IMG/VR virus record: IMGVR_UViG_3300048591_000798
Coordinates: 1-37,587 of that record
Source of the DNA: a virus
Length of the DNA stretch: 37,587 nt
Strand: one strand, 5' to 3'
How positions within the stretch are numbered: the stretch's first letter is position 1; the number at the start of each line of letters is the position of its first letter. Shown in pieces: positions 25,315 to 33,984 of the stretch. The notes below the pieces were generated by a model. It was not told where the DNA came from and made no database searches. It worked only from the letters and a program-made list of their open reading frames with translations. The translations under genes were made by a program, and so were the position numbers.

Positions 25315-27393
25315 CTACATCAATCCTTGAAGCTGCCTGTATCCTTCTTGCGCATTCTCATCAGCACCGTCAGGAAGTCCGGGAAGCCCTGGCATGTTGG
25401 GCTGGTTAACCTCTTGCGCTTGCTGCTGCATTGGAGGAGCCGCGTTAGCCATCGCTGCCATGTTCGGTGGCGGGGGCTGAACCTGCTGACCGGGGCCTTG
25501 GTTTGGCATCGGGGGCTGCATCGGGTTTGGAAGCGGACCCTCTCCCATCCATGCGAGCATCCCAGGGGAAGAGTTCTGGAGCTCCATAGCCATGTTGAAA
25601 TGCTCCATCATGTGCTGCTGAACAATTGACTGAAGCTGAACATCAAGACGGGCATCGGGGTTAGCGAGGATTGCTCTGTGTTCCAGCCAGTGTGTTTTGT
25701 GATCATCGGATGCAAGCATGATCGGCATTTTGTATGATCTCATGTCTTCGTTTTCGGCTTTGATGAGGATGATCTCGCTCATCTCTGACTCATAGAGTGG
25801 CTCAAGGGTGCCAGTCGTCACAACAGAGAGGTACTCTCTGGGGTTTCGAATCATGTTCGCTGAAAGAAGATCCTGCGCAATTTGCATCTTGCCGGGGGAC
25901 GTCTTGCTGAGAGACGAAGTGGTCTCAAGGATAACCCGGTCAACGTTCGACAAATCTTTGCCCGTGAATGTGCGCATGATTGGCCTATTGAACTTGCCAG
26001 CTATCACCGCTTGCTTCTCATAGTCAACAAAGTCCTGCAGGATATGGATAAGGCCCGTTCCAACCGACTCTTGAATCTGGTTGTAGCTGTTCTGCAGATC
26101 CGAGCTGAAAGTGAGAGCTTGGGATGCCACGAATGCAAGAGAGGACCCAGACTTCAAAGTGGTAGGAACCTCGCCCCGGTTCACCGAAGAGACTCCACTA
26201 ATGGTCTCCATGATCTTCTCTAGCCGTTCGATAAACGCAAAAATTTCTTTTGGGGTGTTGAGCATCTCCAAGACTTCGGGTTTGACGACAGACTCAAGAA
26301 GGTTGAGGCCCCCGGCGATCTGAAGCTTGGTGAGCTGGTTACCGGGTGGCTGCCAGAAGTTTTGCACACCGGAAGCAAATTGGTTCGAGGTGACAATCGA
26401 ATAGAGCTTGTCAATTACTTGCTGGATGCCAAGAAGATCGAAAGCCACCGTGTAGCCGAAGGGAGCACCGACAAGGTCACTTGCCGATATCCTGTAGATT
26501 GGGATCTCTTTGAATGCCAATGGTCCATCAAACAGCACTGTGCCGTCCTGTAGAAACACTGTGTAGCGACCGTTAGGAAGAGAGTCCGTTCGTTTGTGAA
26601 TGAAGTTATAGACATCAATGAGCTCCGTGTGCGAAGTGCCGACCCCTGCAGCGGGAATTATCTTGGTCGGATCGACGTACCTACGTCCGCTTGTAATGTC
26701 TGTCGAAATGTTGAGGATCTGTTCAGAAGCGTGAGGGTACTTTGCAGCGAGGTCAAAGCGATTGAAACAGTCGTGTGTAATGTACCAGTCAACATCAGTG
26801 TTGGGGTGCGTCACGTCACGGATAACATCAAAGGGGTGATAGTTGCGGCAAGTAACGTCTCCTTCGTACTCAAGACCGCTTTCGCCTACCCCGTACTCCT
26901 TGCCCTTTCTCTCATCCCAGTCAATTCTTATGAAACCCTCGCCAAAGATTAAAGCGAGCTCTACAGCATTGCGAAGGTATCTTTCGATCCTCTTTTCTCT
27001 CATGTAATAGTCTACAAGACCGTCGCCGAGGTAGGCTTGTGAGAGGGACTCACTGTCTGAGTTGATCGCCCTGCACTTAAGCTGTGGGCGCTGCTGAGTC
27101 GTGAGCACAAGAAGGTGGGTTATGAGGTTTCTCAGGTGGTTGACCTTTATCGATGCCATCTCACCTTCAACACCTGACTGTCTTATTCTTCCGATTGCAA
27201 ATATACCAAAACCGGATAGTGCTGTGTCTTCAATGAGCCCGTAATAACTGTAGAAAGCCCTTCTCCACAGGTCCGCGAGCGCCGAGCTTGTAAGATAAGC
27301 GTAATAGTCCGATACTTTCCCCGCCAAGCGTTCGCCGATCTCTTCAATTGGAGCACTCGCAAAGTGTGTTTTAGAGTCACGGTATTCCTTCAT
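25315..27393 (-). CDS. Portal protein (692 aa) with Pro/Gln/Met-rich C-terminal tail
   Basis: Size and position directly after the large terminase. Confidence 0.7.
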   Translation of the reverse strand: MKEYRDSKTHFASAPIEEIGERLAGKVSDYYAYLTSSALADLWRRAFYSYYGLIEDTALSGFGIFAIGRIRQSGVEGEMASIKVNHLRNLITHLLVLTTQQRPQLKCRAINSDSESLSQAYLGDGLVDYYMREKRIERYLRNAVELALIFGEGFIRIDWDERKGKEYGVGESGLEYEGDVTCRNYHPFDVIRDVTHPNTDVDWYITHDCFNRFDLAAKYPHASEQILNISTDITSGRRYVDPTKIIPAAGVGTSHTELIDVYNFIHKRTDSLPNGRYTVFLQDGTVLFDGPLAFKEIPIYRISASDLVGAPFGYTVAFDLLGIQQVIDKLYSIVTSNQFASGVQNFWQPPGNQLTKLQIAGGLNLLESVVKPEVLEMLNTPKEIFAFIERLEKIMETISGVSSVNRGEVPTTLKSGSSLAFVASQALTFSSDLQNSYNQIQESVGTGLIHILQDFVDYEKQAVIAGKFNRPIMRTFTGKDLSNVDRVILETTSSLSKTSPGKMQIAQDLLSANMIRNPREYLSVVTTGTLEPLYESEMSEIILIKAENEDMRSYKMPIMLASDDHKTHWLEHRAILANPDARLDVQLQSIVQQHMMEHFNMAMELQNSSPGMLAWMGEGPLPNPMQPPMPNQGPGQQVQPPPPNMAAMANAAPPMQQQAQEVNQPNMPGLPGLPDGADENAQEGYRQLQGLM

Positions 27394-27399
27394 TTTATT

Positions 27400-28842
27400 T
27401 CATCCTTGAAATAGCGAGCGAAGCACTGCTGCGCTCTTTGTTTGAGGTACATTGGTTGTATCGATGTAGTGAGTATGGGGCTGCGCATCTCCCAAGATGG
27501 GGTATGGGTTTTTGCGCACAGCGTGACGATAGCCGTAAACCAAGGCCATGAACGCGTCCATGTGTCCAAGGCTTTGGGTACGGGCAAGATCAGTTTTGTT
27601 CTCGTTGAAAGTTCCAGATCTCAAAGTTCTAATGAGAAGATCACAACGCGGATGGATCTCTATCTCGTTTCTGCACAAAGCAACTCGAATGAGGTTGACC
27701 GAAGTTTCAAGCTCTTCTTTGAGAGGGAGGGCGACGGGATACTTGTGCTGAAGCATGAAGTCAACCCTCATTTGCCCATCTGAGTCAACCCATCTTCCGT
27801 GAAAGTGAAACCGTGTCCTAGAGGCAGAATCACTTTTTGGGTGTATATATTCCCCCTCCATATTCCTCGCCTCGTCAACCATTTTTCCAGACCCTGTCTC
27901 AGGTTCGAAGTGTCTCTCATCCAACACAAGAACTTTCGCTCTAACGAAGTCAAACGCCATAAGAAGGAATACAGATTTATCACGTACTCCCCCCATATCA
28001 CCGCCGACCCATATATTTGCGTATTCTGGGAGTTCAAACTCTTTAACGTGTCTCTTTTCTTCAAATTCAGGTGCAAGTATAATTGTTGCATCTCTAATCT
28101 GTTCACAAAGGTACTCCCTTTTAAAGTCCGGTGACTCCATTCCTCCGCAAAGTTTCACAATCGCATTGAACTGGGCCTCAGTGATCTTCTTGTTGTCGTA
28201 GATTGTGAACTTGAAGAAAGCATTTTCAGCCTGGGCCTCTGGAACGGTTATTGTGCAAAATGGGTGATCTGGGATCTTGGGAAGCGTGGTCATGTAAATT
28301 ATCTGAGCATGTTTGCTGTGGGTCAGGGCTGGAGCAAGGTCAGAGCGGAGAAACTCTAGGTACATGTCTGGATCTGACTCAAGAATCTCTTCGATGTAAA
28401 CCTTATAAAGAGTCTTACCACGGTGGTCAGAGGAGTTGGTATCAAACCCTCCTAGTTTGAGTTCACTTCCATTGTGAAAATACCAAGTATCCTCTGACTT
28501 AACGTGCCTAATCATACCTTGCGGCATGTCTCGACATATAAGTTTCATCCTCGGCCTAACAATCGCTCTGGCTTGCTTGATTGTAGGGCCTATGATCATA
28601 ACGACAATATCTTCGTTTCTGAGGCAGTCTTCAGTAGCCAGAAGACAGCCCAGAACCGACTTGCCGTACTGTCTTGCGCACAAACACACCACGGTTTGAA
28701 TGCTGGTAGGCATTTTTCTGATGCGTTCGTAAATGTTTATCTGCTGCTGCCAAAGCTTGTATGAAAGATCACCGTGCTGCCACAACACCTGTGCCGCTTG
28801 TCGCTGCGAGATTTGAACTGCAGCTTTACTCAACTTGATCAC
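27400..28842 (-). CDS. terL: Terminase large subunit
   Basis: 480 aa; Walker-A-like CARQYGKS; Asp-containing WVGGDMGG in the C-terminal nuclease half; GTG start overlaps the upstream gene. Confidence 0.8.
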   Translation of the reverse strand: MIKLSKAAVQISQRQAAQVLWQHGDLSYKLWQQQINIYERIRKMPTSIQTVVCLCARQYGKSVLGCLLATEDCLRNEDIVVMIIGPTIKQARAIVRPRMKLICRDMPQGMIRHVKSEDTWYFHNGSELKLGGFDTNSSDHRGKTLYKVYIEEILESDPDMYLEFLRSDLAPALTHSKHAQIIYMTTLPKIPDHPFCTITVPEAQAENAFFKFTIYDNKKITEAQFNAIVKLCGGMESPDFKREYLCEQIRDATIILAPEFEEKRHVKEFELPEYANIWVGGDMGGVRDKSVFLLMAFDFVRAKVLVLDERHFEPETGSGKMVDEARNMEGEYIHPKSDSASRTRFHFHGRWVDSDGQMRVDFMLQHKYPVALPLKEELETSVNLIRVALCRNEIEIHPRCDLLIRTLRSGTFNENKTDLARTQSLGHMDAFMALVYGYRHAVRKNPYPILGDAQPHTHYIDTTNVPQTKSAAVLRSLFQG

Positions 28843-29137
28843 CCCTAGCGATCTTCACAAGATCCTGCAGTTGAACAGTTACGGGTTTTGCATTCTCTCC
28901 CTGTTCCCCTTCGGGCTGATTCAAATCAAGCTCTTTAATTTTTGGGTGCGTATAACTCAGTATCCTGTACAATATCGAGATGCGTTGTTCGAGTGTCACC
29001 TTGGGGTTGTTCCAGAGCTCGATTAACTTCTCTGCTACAACAAACCCTCTCGACTCAAGAGCGTCTCTTAATTGTATGGAGACCTTGTTCACGCTTCCTC
29101 TTGGCCGTCCTTTGCCAATAGGAGGTTTTCTCTCCAT
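28826..29137 (-). CDS. Terminase small subunit candidate / DNA-binding protein
   Basis: 103 aa, N-terminal KGRPRGSVNK; directly upstream of and overlapping terL. Confidence 0.45.
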   Translation of the reverse strand: MERKPPIGKGRPRGSVNKVSIQLRDALESRGFVVAEKLIELWNNPKVTLEQRISILYRILSYTHPKIKELDLNQPEGEQGENAKPVTVQLQDLVKIARGDQVE

Positions 29138-29162
29138 AAATTTTCCTTACTAAAATGCCATC

Positions 29163-29348
29163 CTAGCGTTTCAGTGTGAGAACAGATTTAAGGTGTGATA
29201 TCGAATCATCGATTGCCTTAAACCTGCTGTCTAATTCGTTCACGTATTTCTTGTGAGAGGTTAAGTGCCACTTCTTAACACGATAAGATGCAACACAGAC
29301 ACAAAATATCACTAAGTCAATCCAACTTTTTTCGCCTTTGCCCAACAT
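29163..29348 (-). CDS. 61-aa single-pass membrane protein with coiled-coil tail
   Basis: Internal ATG of track ORF 29163..29540; WIDLVIFCVCVASY hydrophobic stretch. Confidence 0.4.
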   Translation of the reverse strand: MLGKGEKSWIDLVIFCVCVASYRVKKWHLTSHKKYVNELDSRFKAIDDSISHLKSVLTLKR

Positions 29349-29400
29349 GTTAATTGTTGATGCAAATAAAGCGAAGTTTGTGAGGCTTAGTACACCACTG

Positions 29401-29661
29401 TTAAGCAGGTTTAGCTTCGATCCCGTACTTGTCAGGGTTTGCCCAATACTTGCCCACGCTAATCTTAAACTTTTCTTCAATGATTGGCCTCGTGTTGACA
29501 TCTGAAACCTCGGTCGTAAGCACATTGTAATTTTCATCAAGGTTTAGCTTGATAAATACCCATCCTCCAGCCGCCCTTGCTGTAGCAAAAGCTGGGATGA
29601 TTTTCTCTGGCTTTTCGAGCTTAGGTTTCGTGCTGCTTTTATTATACACCGTCTTGCTCAT
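29401..29661 (-). CDS. Hypothetical protein (86 aa)
   Basis: The ATG at 29661 is preceded by AAGGG; the longer track ORF overlaps the upstream gene. Confidence 0.5.
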   Translation of the reverse strand: MSKTVYNKSSTKPKLEKPEKIIPAFATARAAGGWVFIKLNLDENYNVLTTEVSDVNTRPIIEEKFKISVGKYWANPDKYGIEAKPA

Positions 29662-30097
29662 TTTCGACCCTTTCATGTTCCTTGAATGACTGTTCAAGAT
29701 CATCCAGTTCGGGATCTGCTTTGTCCTCTTCCTTGGGCTGCTTTTCTTTGTCCTTTTCGGCCTGAACCTTGGCGAAAAATTCCATGGTGTCTACGGCCTG
29801 GGAAACTAGGCTTGCGTGGGTAGCTGGAAACAGCCCTTCCATAAGCAAAGCGCCGATGCCCATGAAGACCTGAGTTGAGCCCTCTGGGTACTCGTCCAGG
29901 GTCGCGTATTCGTCCAGGTGGGCAATAGCACTTTTGATCAGTTTAGCATGGGTGCCGGGGTATGTGCCTTGCATGAGTAGCTGAGCTATGCTTTTGAGTA
30001 GGTCATAAGCCTTGATCGGCTGTGGCTCTTTTTTGACAATTTTGACTTTATAATCGTTGGGTTTTTTGTGCCTCGCACGTGCCTTTTTTGCTTGCAA
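29642..30097 (-). CDS. Hypothetical protein with internal tandem duplication; first gene of the late operon, TTG start
   Basis: GGAGG 7 nt upstream of TTG; LLMQGTYPGTHAKLIKSAIAHL and LLMEGLFPATHASLVSQAVDTM repeat. Confidence 0.55.
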   Translation of the reverse strand: MQAKKARARHKKPNDYKVKIVKKEPQPIKAYDLLKSIAQLLMQGTYPGTHAKLIKSAIAHLDEYATLDEYPEGSTQVFMGIGALLMEGLFPATHASLVSQAVDTMEFFAKVQAEKDKEKQPKEEDKADPELDDLEQSFKEHERVENEQDGV

Positions 30098-30154
30098 AAT
30101 ATGACCTCCATGTCATGGGCTCGTATTCGGTTTTTTGCATGTATGCCTCGACCA

Positions 30155-30184
30155 TTTATAACACGCTAAAATTGTTACTGCCAA
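30155..30184 (-). promoter_or_regulatory. Sigma70-like promoter TTGGCA-N18-TATAAA for the leftward late operon
   Basis: Read on the - strand in the divergent intergenic region. Confidence 0.4.
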
Positions 30185-30203
30185 ATTAAATAGCACTCGA
30201 CTG

Positions 30204-30232
30204 TTGACAAGCCTCACTAGAGCTGCTAGTAA
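30204..30232 (+). promoter_or_regulatory. Sigma70-like promoter TTGACA-N17-TAGTAA(T) for the rightward early block; spacer contains palindrome ACTAG-N5-CTAGT
   Basis: Exact -35, 17-nt spacer; 55 nt upstream of the 30288 ATG. Confidence 0.5.
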
Positions 30233-30287
30233 TGGTTTCAGTGAGACGCTACAGGGCGCAAAAAAACAACCCGAACGGAGATAAAAA

Positions 30288-30710
30288 ATGAGCACAATTT
30301 TAAACCTTAAAAACCTTGTAAACGAAAGTGTTAGAGCATACGGACTTTTCAGAATGTGCTTAGATATTTCTGACAAATCAAATTTGGAAATTTATAGGGC
30401 TATTGACAGAGATAGATTCGATAACGCAACAAAGTATGTAACAAAGCTAACTATTGCTTATATTCACGAGGGAATGGAACCTGAAATTGTTCACATTTTC
30501 GATCAAGAAAACCCTACACTGTCTGACCTTGAAACATATCTAAAAGAAAAGCTTACAGATGATCTTATGAAAGAGGTTGGCGTCGAGGTTTCTGTGGTCG
30601 GTAATATTGATCAAACAAGAATAGGTAAAAACACAGTTGAAGGTCTATTAAACTATCCTCATTTCATGACTGAAAATGAAAGAGAACGACAGTTTTTAAC
30701 ATCTTATTGA
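30288..30710 (+). CDS. Hypothetical early protein (140 aa, acidic)
   Basis: RBS GGAG; first gene after the early promoter. Confidence 0.6.
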   Translation: MSTILNLKNLVNESVRAYGLFRMCLDISDKSNLEIYRAIDRDRFDNATKYVTKLTIAYIHEGMEPEIVHIFDQENPTLSDLETYLKEKLTDDLMKEVGVEVSVVGNIDQTRIGKNTVEGLLNYPHFMTENERERQFLTSY

Positions 30711-30721
30711 GAGAGGAAAAA

Positions 30722-30976
30722 ATGCCCCAAATAACGACTAAAAAAGGACGAGTTTTCACATGGGTTTCCTACGTCGGAAAACCAGTTGTGATCGAGTCCC
30801 AAAACCGCAACAGAAGAACATGCTTCAAGAACGTTTTTAGCTGCTGTGACGGCAAGAATTATGTGTTCTATCAAGGGTTCTCATATGAGCATATCGGATC
30901 TTGCCCTATGAGCGGAAAAATGATGTTTAAGAAGTCAGAAAACCAATACGAATTTGACGATAAAAAGGTGGGATAA
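30722..30976 (+). CDS. Hypothetical protein (84 aa)
   Basis: ATG preceded by GAGAGGAAAAA. Confidence 0.55.
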   Translation: MPQITTKKGRVFTWVSYVGKPVVIESQNRNRRTCFKNVFSCCDGKNYVFYQGFSYEHIGSCPMSGKMMFKKSENQYEFDDKKVG

Positions 30977-30979
30977 TAC

Positions 30980-31168
30980 ATGTACAAAATAAAGCTTTAT
31001 GAGCGCAATGTTTACGGCAAAATTATGATGTATTTTAGAGAACAAAACGAGGCTGAAATATTCAAGATCTTGACAGGACAAAAGACTATCAGCATGAAGC
31101 AAGTTAAGGCCATGGAATGCTTCGGCGTGACGTTTGAAATTGAGAAGCTGCCGGAGAATGTAAAGTGA
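30980..31168 (+). CDS. Hypothetical protein (62 aa)
   Basis: ORF in the packed early operon. Confidence 0.5.
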   Translation: MYKIKLYERNVYGKIMMYFREQNEAEIFKILTGQKTISMKQVKAMECFGVTFEIEKLPENVK

Positions 31169-31476
31169 CATCGGTAAAGCTTACAGATGAAGAGCAGTTC
31201 ATTCTTGAATGCATAGCTGAGGATATTCATCAAGAAGATAGGAGAATTACTCCAAATGAATACATTTTCGCATGCAGAATAGATGGGATATTCGGCGATA
31301 TAGATGCAGATAATATTTTAGTTTCTTTAGTTGAAAAAGGGTTCATAACATCTCGTTTCAATGATTATTATGCTTGTATAGAAGTTGCCATTACAGAGAA
31401 AGGGTTTTCACACCTTGAAATAAATTACCAAAAAGAAGAGCCCTATCAGATTGGTGAAGATGATGAGTTAGAATAG
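31165..31476 (+). CDS. Very acidic small protein (103 aa), winged-helix-like
   Basis: GTG start overlapping the upstream TGA (GTGA), GGAG RBS; many Asp/Glu. Confidence 0.5.
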   Translation: MTSVKLTDEEQFILECIAEDIHQEDRRITPNEYIFACRIDGIFGDIDADNILVSLVEKGFITSRFNDYYACIEVAITEKGFSHLEINYQKEEPYQIGEDDELE

Positions 31477-31496
31477 CAATGAGAAGGAGTAAACGA

Positions 31497-31691
31497 ATGA
31501 AAGCCCGGCTTGAGTTTGAGATGCCTAAATGTTGCTTCAACTGCCCTTGTTGTTGGGAAGGTGCTCTATGCTGCAAAGCTGTGAAAGAAGACTATAGAAA
31601 AGACAGTTTAGGCTTTAAGCCGTTTGAATATAAATTTGACATATGGGAAGGAAAGCCCGACTGGTGCCCGCTGCAGGAGGTTGAGAAGTGA
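31497..31691 (+). CDS. Cys-rich small protein (CCFNCPCC...CC...WCPL)
   Basis: The ATG at 31497 lies 7 nt after AAGGAG. Confidence 0.55.
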   Translation: MKARLEFEMPKCCFNCPCCWEGALCCKAVKEDYRKDSLGFKPFEYKFDIWEGKPDWCPLQEVEK

Positions 31692-31990
31692 AGTATTCAA
31701 TGCTGGACAAAGACAAGAATGTAATCGAGATATGCAGAGAGTGTTATCTTAAAAATCATGAAAAAATTTGGTCCGAAAGGATATTAGCATGCGATTCAAT
31801 TGATGATCAATGCTTTGTAAGCACCATAGTCCTTCCTTTTAATCATGGCATTCATGAAGACCCACTGTTCTTCGAAACAATGATATTCAATGGCCCTCAT
31901 GACGGGTTTATGGATCGCTATGCAACATACGATGAAGCCGTTGCAGGACACGCTAAAGCTGTAGCTATGGCCAAGGGCGAACAAATTTGA
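31688..31990 (+). CDS. Hypothetical phage protein (VSTIVLP...FETMIF...RY.TY.EA..GH pattern)
   Basis: GTG start with GGAGG RBS; pattern recalled from common phage proteins of unknown function. Confidence 0.55.
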   Translation: MKYSMLDKDKNVIEICRECYLKNHEKIWSERILACDSIDDQCFVSTIVLPFNHGIHEDPLFFETMIFNGPHDGFMDRYATYDEAVAGHAKAVAMAKGEQI

Positions 31991-32029
31991 TTATAATATC
32001 CTCATTACCAACAAATTTTGGGGGTGTAA

Positions 32030-32224
32030 ATGAGGTTTACCGAGCTCAATATTGTCCTTCGTGCTACTAAGCTTTGCGATCTTCTGAAACAATTGAATAT
32101 TGATCTTAAACATGATAGAGCACTTGACATAATTTCTCGTCTTGAGGGGTACAAAGATTACGCCGAAATGTACGAGGTTTTGAAGGAGGAAAACAAGGGG
32201 TGGGAGAGGAGAAGACGGTTTTGA
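32030..32224 (+). CDS. Hypothetical protein (64 aa)
   Basis: RBS GGGGTG. Confidence 0.5.
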   Translation: MRFTELNIVLRATKLCDLLKQLNIDLKHDRALDIISRLEGYKDYAEMYEVLKEENKGWERRRRF

Positions 32225-32538
32225 TAAGTGAGAAGGTTGATAAATGCGCCCAGCACCTCATAAGCTGGTACGGTTTTAAGAACCAACTTCAAAAAGCTGC
32301 AGAAGAGTCGAAAGAATATGAATCAGCTTTGGATGATCTTATTGTACTTCCACTGATCGACTGTGTTGTTTGTGAGAAAAAATGTGATGAATTTCGCGAA
32401 GCTGTTGAGAGCTTAATTGATGAAACTGCAGACGCGATCTTTACAGCCTACCAAGTCGCAAAAATGATAGGACTTGAAAAGGTCATAGAAAGAATAGAAT
32501 ACAAAGCTAATCGTGCTGTTGAGCGAATAAACGCTTAA
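32200..32538 (+). CDS. MazG-like all-alpha nucleotide pyrophosphohydrolase candidate
   Basis: KAAEESKEYESAL ... IDETADAIFTAYQVAKMIG resembles the EExxE / E-x-aD motif pair of the MazG family. Confidence 0.35.
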   Translation: MGEEKTVLISEKVDKCAQHLISWYGFKNQLQKAAEESKEYESALDDLIVLPLIDCVVCEKKCDEFREAVESLIDETADAIFTAYQVAKMIGLEKVIERIEYKANRAVERINA

Positions 32539-32558
32539 TATATTTTGAAAGGACTAAG

Positions 32559-32792
32559 ATGATTGCAAGAACCGTTAATAATCCGATTGAATTAGTTGAT
32601 GCATGTATTCAGATGTTAATGTTTCATAAAATGAATATGATTCAGACATATAATGAAAATACAGGTAAGCAAAAGAAGAGTAAAGAACCCGCAAAAAAAA
32701 AGCAACGAAGAAAAAATAAGAAGACAACGGTAAGTGCTGCGAAAAAAAGAGGAAGACCGGGCAGGAAACCAGGACCAAAACCAGCGATTTAA
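32559..32792 (+). CDS. Basic protein with AT-hook (KKRGRPGRKPGPKP)
   Basis: RGRP core in a Lys/Arg-rich C-terminus; RBS AAAGGA. Confidence 0.55.
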   Translation: MIARTVNNPIELVDACIQMLMFHKMNMIQTYNENTGKQKKSKEPAKKKQRRKNKKTTVSAAKKRGRPGRKPGPKPAI

Positions 32793-32793
32793 T

Positions 32794-33102
32794 TTAGTTT
32801 TTGAGATACCCCTTTTCAGCCAAGATCTTGACCAAATCTCTTTTTTTATAGCTGACATCACAAAGCCAACGGCCAAAGCTATCTTGCTTATGAGGGGTAA
32901 GCTCAACTCTGTTACCTCCGATCAGAGAGGAAACATACTCTTTCGCTTCTATTCCTTGCTCTTTATCACAACCGTGCACTTCCCATGCATCACACCCAAA
33001 AACGCGAACAGTGACGTGAATAGACACGTTGAAGCCAAGTTCTACCTGGGCCTCAAAAGTATCCCCGTCGATCACCCTGGTGACTTTTGAATCATGGTGC
33101 AT
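32794..33102 (-). CDS. Staphylococcal-nuclease (SNase/thermonuclease) fold nuclease
   Basis: VIDGDTFE, RVFGCDAWE (compare R-x-x-G-I-D-A-P-E) and FGRWLCDV (compare YGR-x-L) motifs. Confidence 0.7.
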   Translation of the reverse strand: MHHDSKVTRVIDGDTFEAQVELGFNVSIHVTVRVFGCDAWEVHGCDKEQGIEAKEYVSSLIGGNRVELTPHKQDSFGRWLCDVSYKKRDLVKILAEKGYLKN

Positions 33103-33904
33103 ACCAACATTTCGGCCTATTACTACAAGTTTTTGCTTTTTTATCTAATGGGATAATCTTATCATCCCATGGTTTGTCACACAAGATACCAGCGATCATC
33201 GTATCAAGTCTGCACTGCGGGGTAGGATGCCCCTGGAATGTCTTTTTCACATCATTCTGCTCGGGAGTCGTTGGGTCTGTTTCTTTTATCCATGGGCGGT
33301 ACACAACTGCCAAGAAATCTGATAAACTTTTAGCCCCCATCAAAGTCAACATGCACACGTCTTTATCGTATTTTTCATCGAAATATTTTTCGCACAGATC
33401 GGACTCTATTCTGAGTTGATTGATCAGTTTTCTTTTTTTTATGGTTTTACCAAAAATCTTTCTGGCACAAACATGGGCTGCGTAGTAGTCGGCTTGCCCC
33501 TCTGTCGAGCTCTTGAGATAGTCCTTTATCGGGTAGCCCCCAAGCAGATGCCCGATCTCATGACAAAGAGCCATTGTAAAGCCCTCCTTTGTGATCTGTA
33601 CTTTCCTCGCCAAACCGCCGTGTACCTCGATCTTCCAGTTTCGCGCATACTGACTGTCAAACTGATAGACATACATATTGGAGTCTTTACTATCCCATTT
33701 GCGCTCAAACCAGAAGTTTACCCCAATGGCTTTGAAGATCGGCTGATAGGTATCATTGACGGATTGGATCAAGTCGTGAAACTGCTTTTCTGTGATATTT
33801 GAGAGTCCCGGATTATCGTCTGGAACATCGTTCGGCGGCATGTCTGCAAATATCATTGTGGAGACGAGAAAAGCGATGAGCAAAGTGACCATTTTTTGAC
33901 CCAT
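33092..33904 (-). CDS. Secreted Cys-rich zinc metalloprotease (HEIGH)
   Basis: N-terminal signal-like VTLLIAFLVSTMIFA; HExxH with Asp 9 residues after the second His; at least 8 Cys. Confidence 0.65.
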   Translation of the reverse strand: MGQKMVTLLIAFLVSTMIFADMPPNDVPDDNPGLSNITEKQFHDLIQSVNDTYQPIFKAIGVNFWFERKWDSKDSNMYVYQFDSQYARNWKIEVHGGLARKVQITKEGFTMALCHEIGHLLGGYPIKDYLKSSTEGQADYYAAHVCARKIFGKTIKKRKLINQLRIESDLCEKYFDEKYDKDVCMLTLMGAKSLSDFLAVVYRPWIKETDPTTPEQNDVKKTFQGHPTPQCRLDTMIAGILCDKPWDDKIIPLDKKAKTCSNRPKCWYAP

Positions 33905-33937
33905 AAAAAAACCCCCGATAAGCTGTATCAGGGGTTT
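33905..33937 (-). terminator. Intrinsic terminator between the cysteine protease and metalloprotease genes
   Basis: - strand: CCCC-T-GATA-CAGCT-TATC-G-GGGG followed by TTTTTTT, directly abutting the ATG at 33904. Confidence 0.55.
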
Positions 33938-33984
33938 AGTGTAGCATGGAGTAATGCCTTAGTGAAATTCGACTTGCTGCATAC

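Noticed and set aside
24667-25629. 320-aa + strand ORF
   Set aside because: It is antisense to the scaffold and portal genes. The Leu/Phe/Cys-rich low-complexity translation mirrors the Glu/Lys/Gln-rich scaffold codons. There is no RBS.
30113-30376. 87-aa - strand ORF
   Set aside because: It spans the divergent promoter region and the 5' end of a well-supported + strand gene. It has no RBS.
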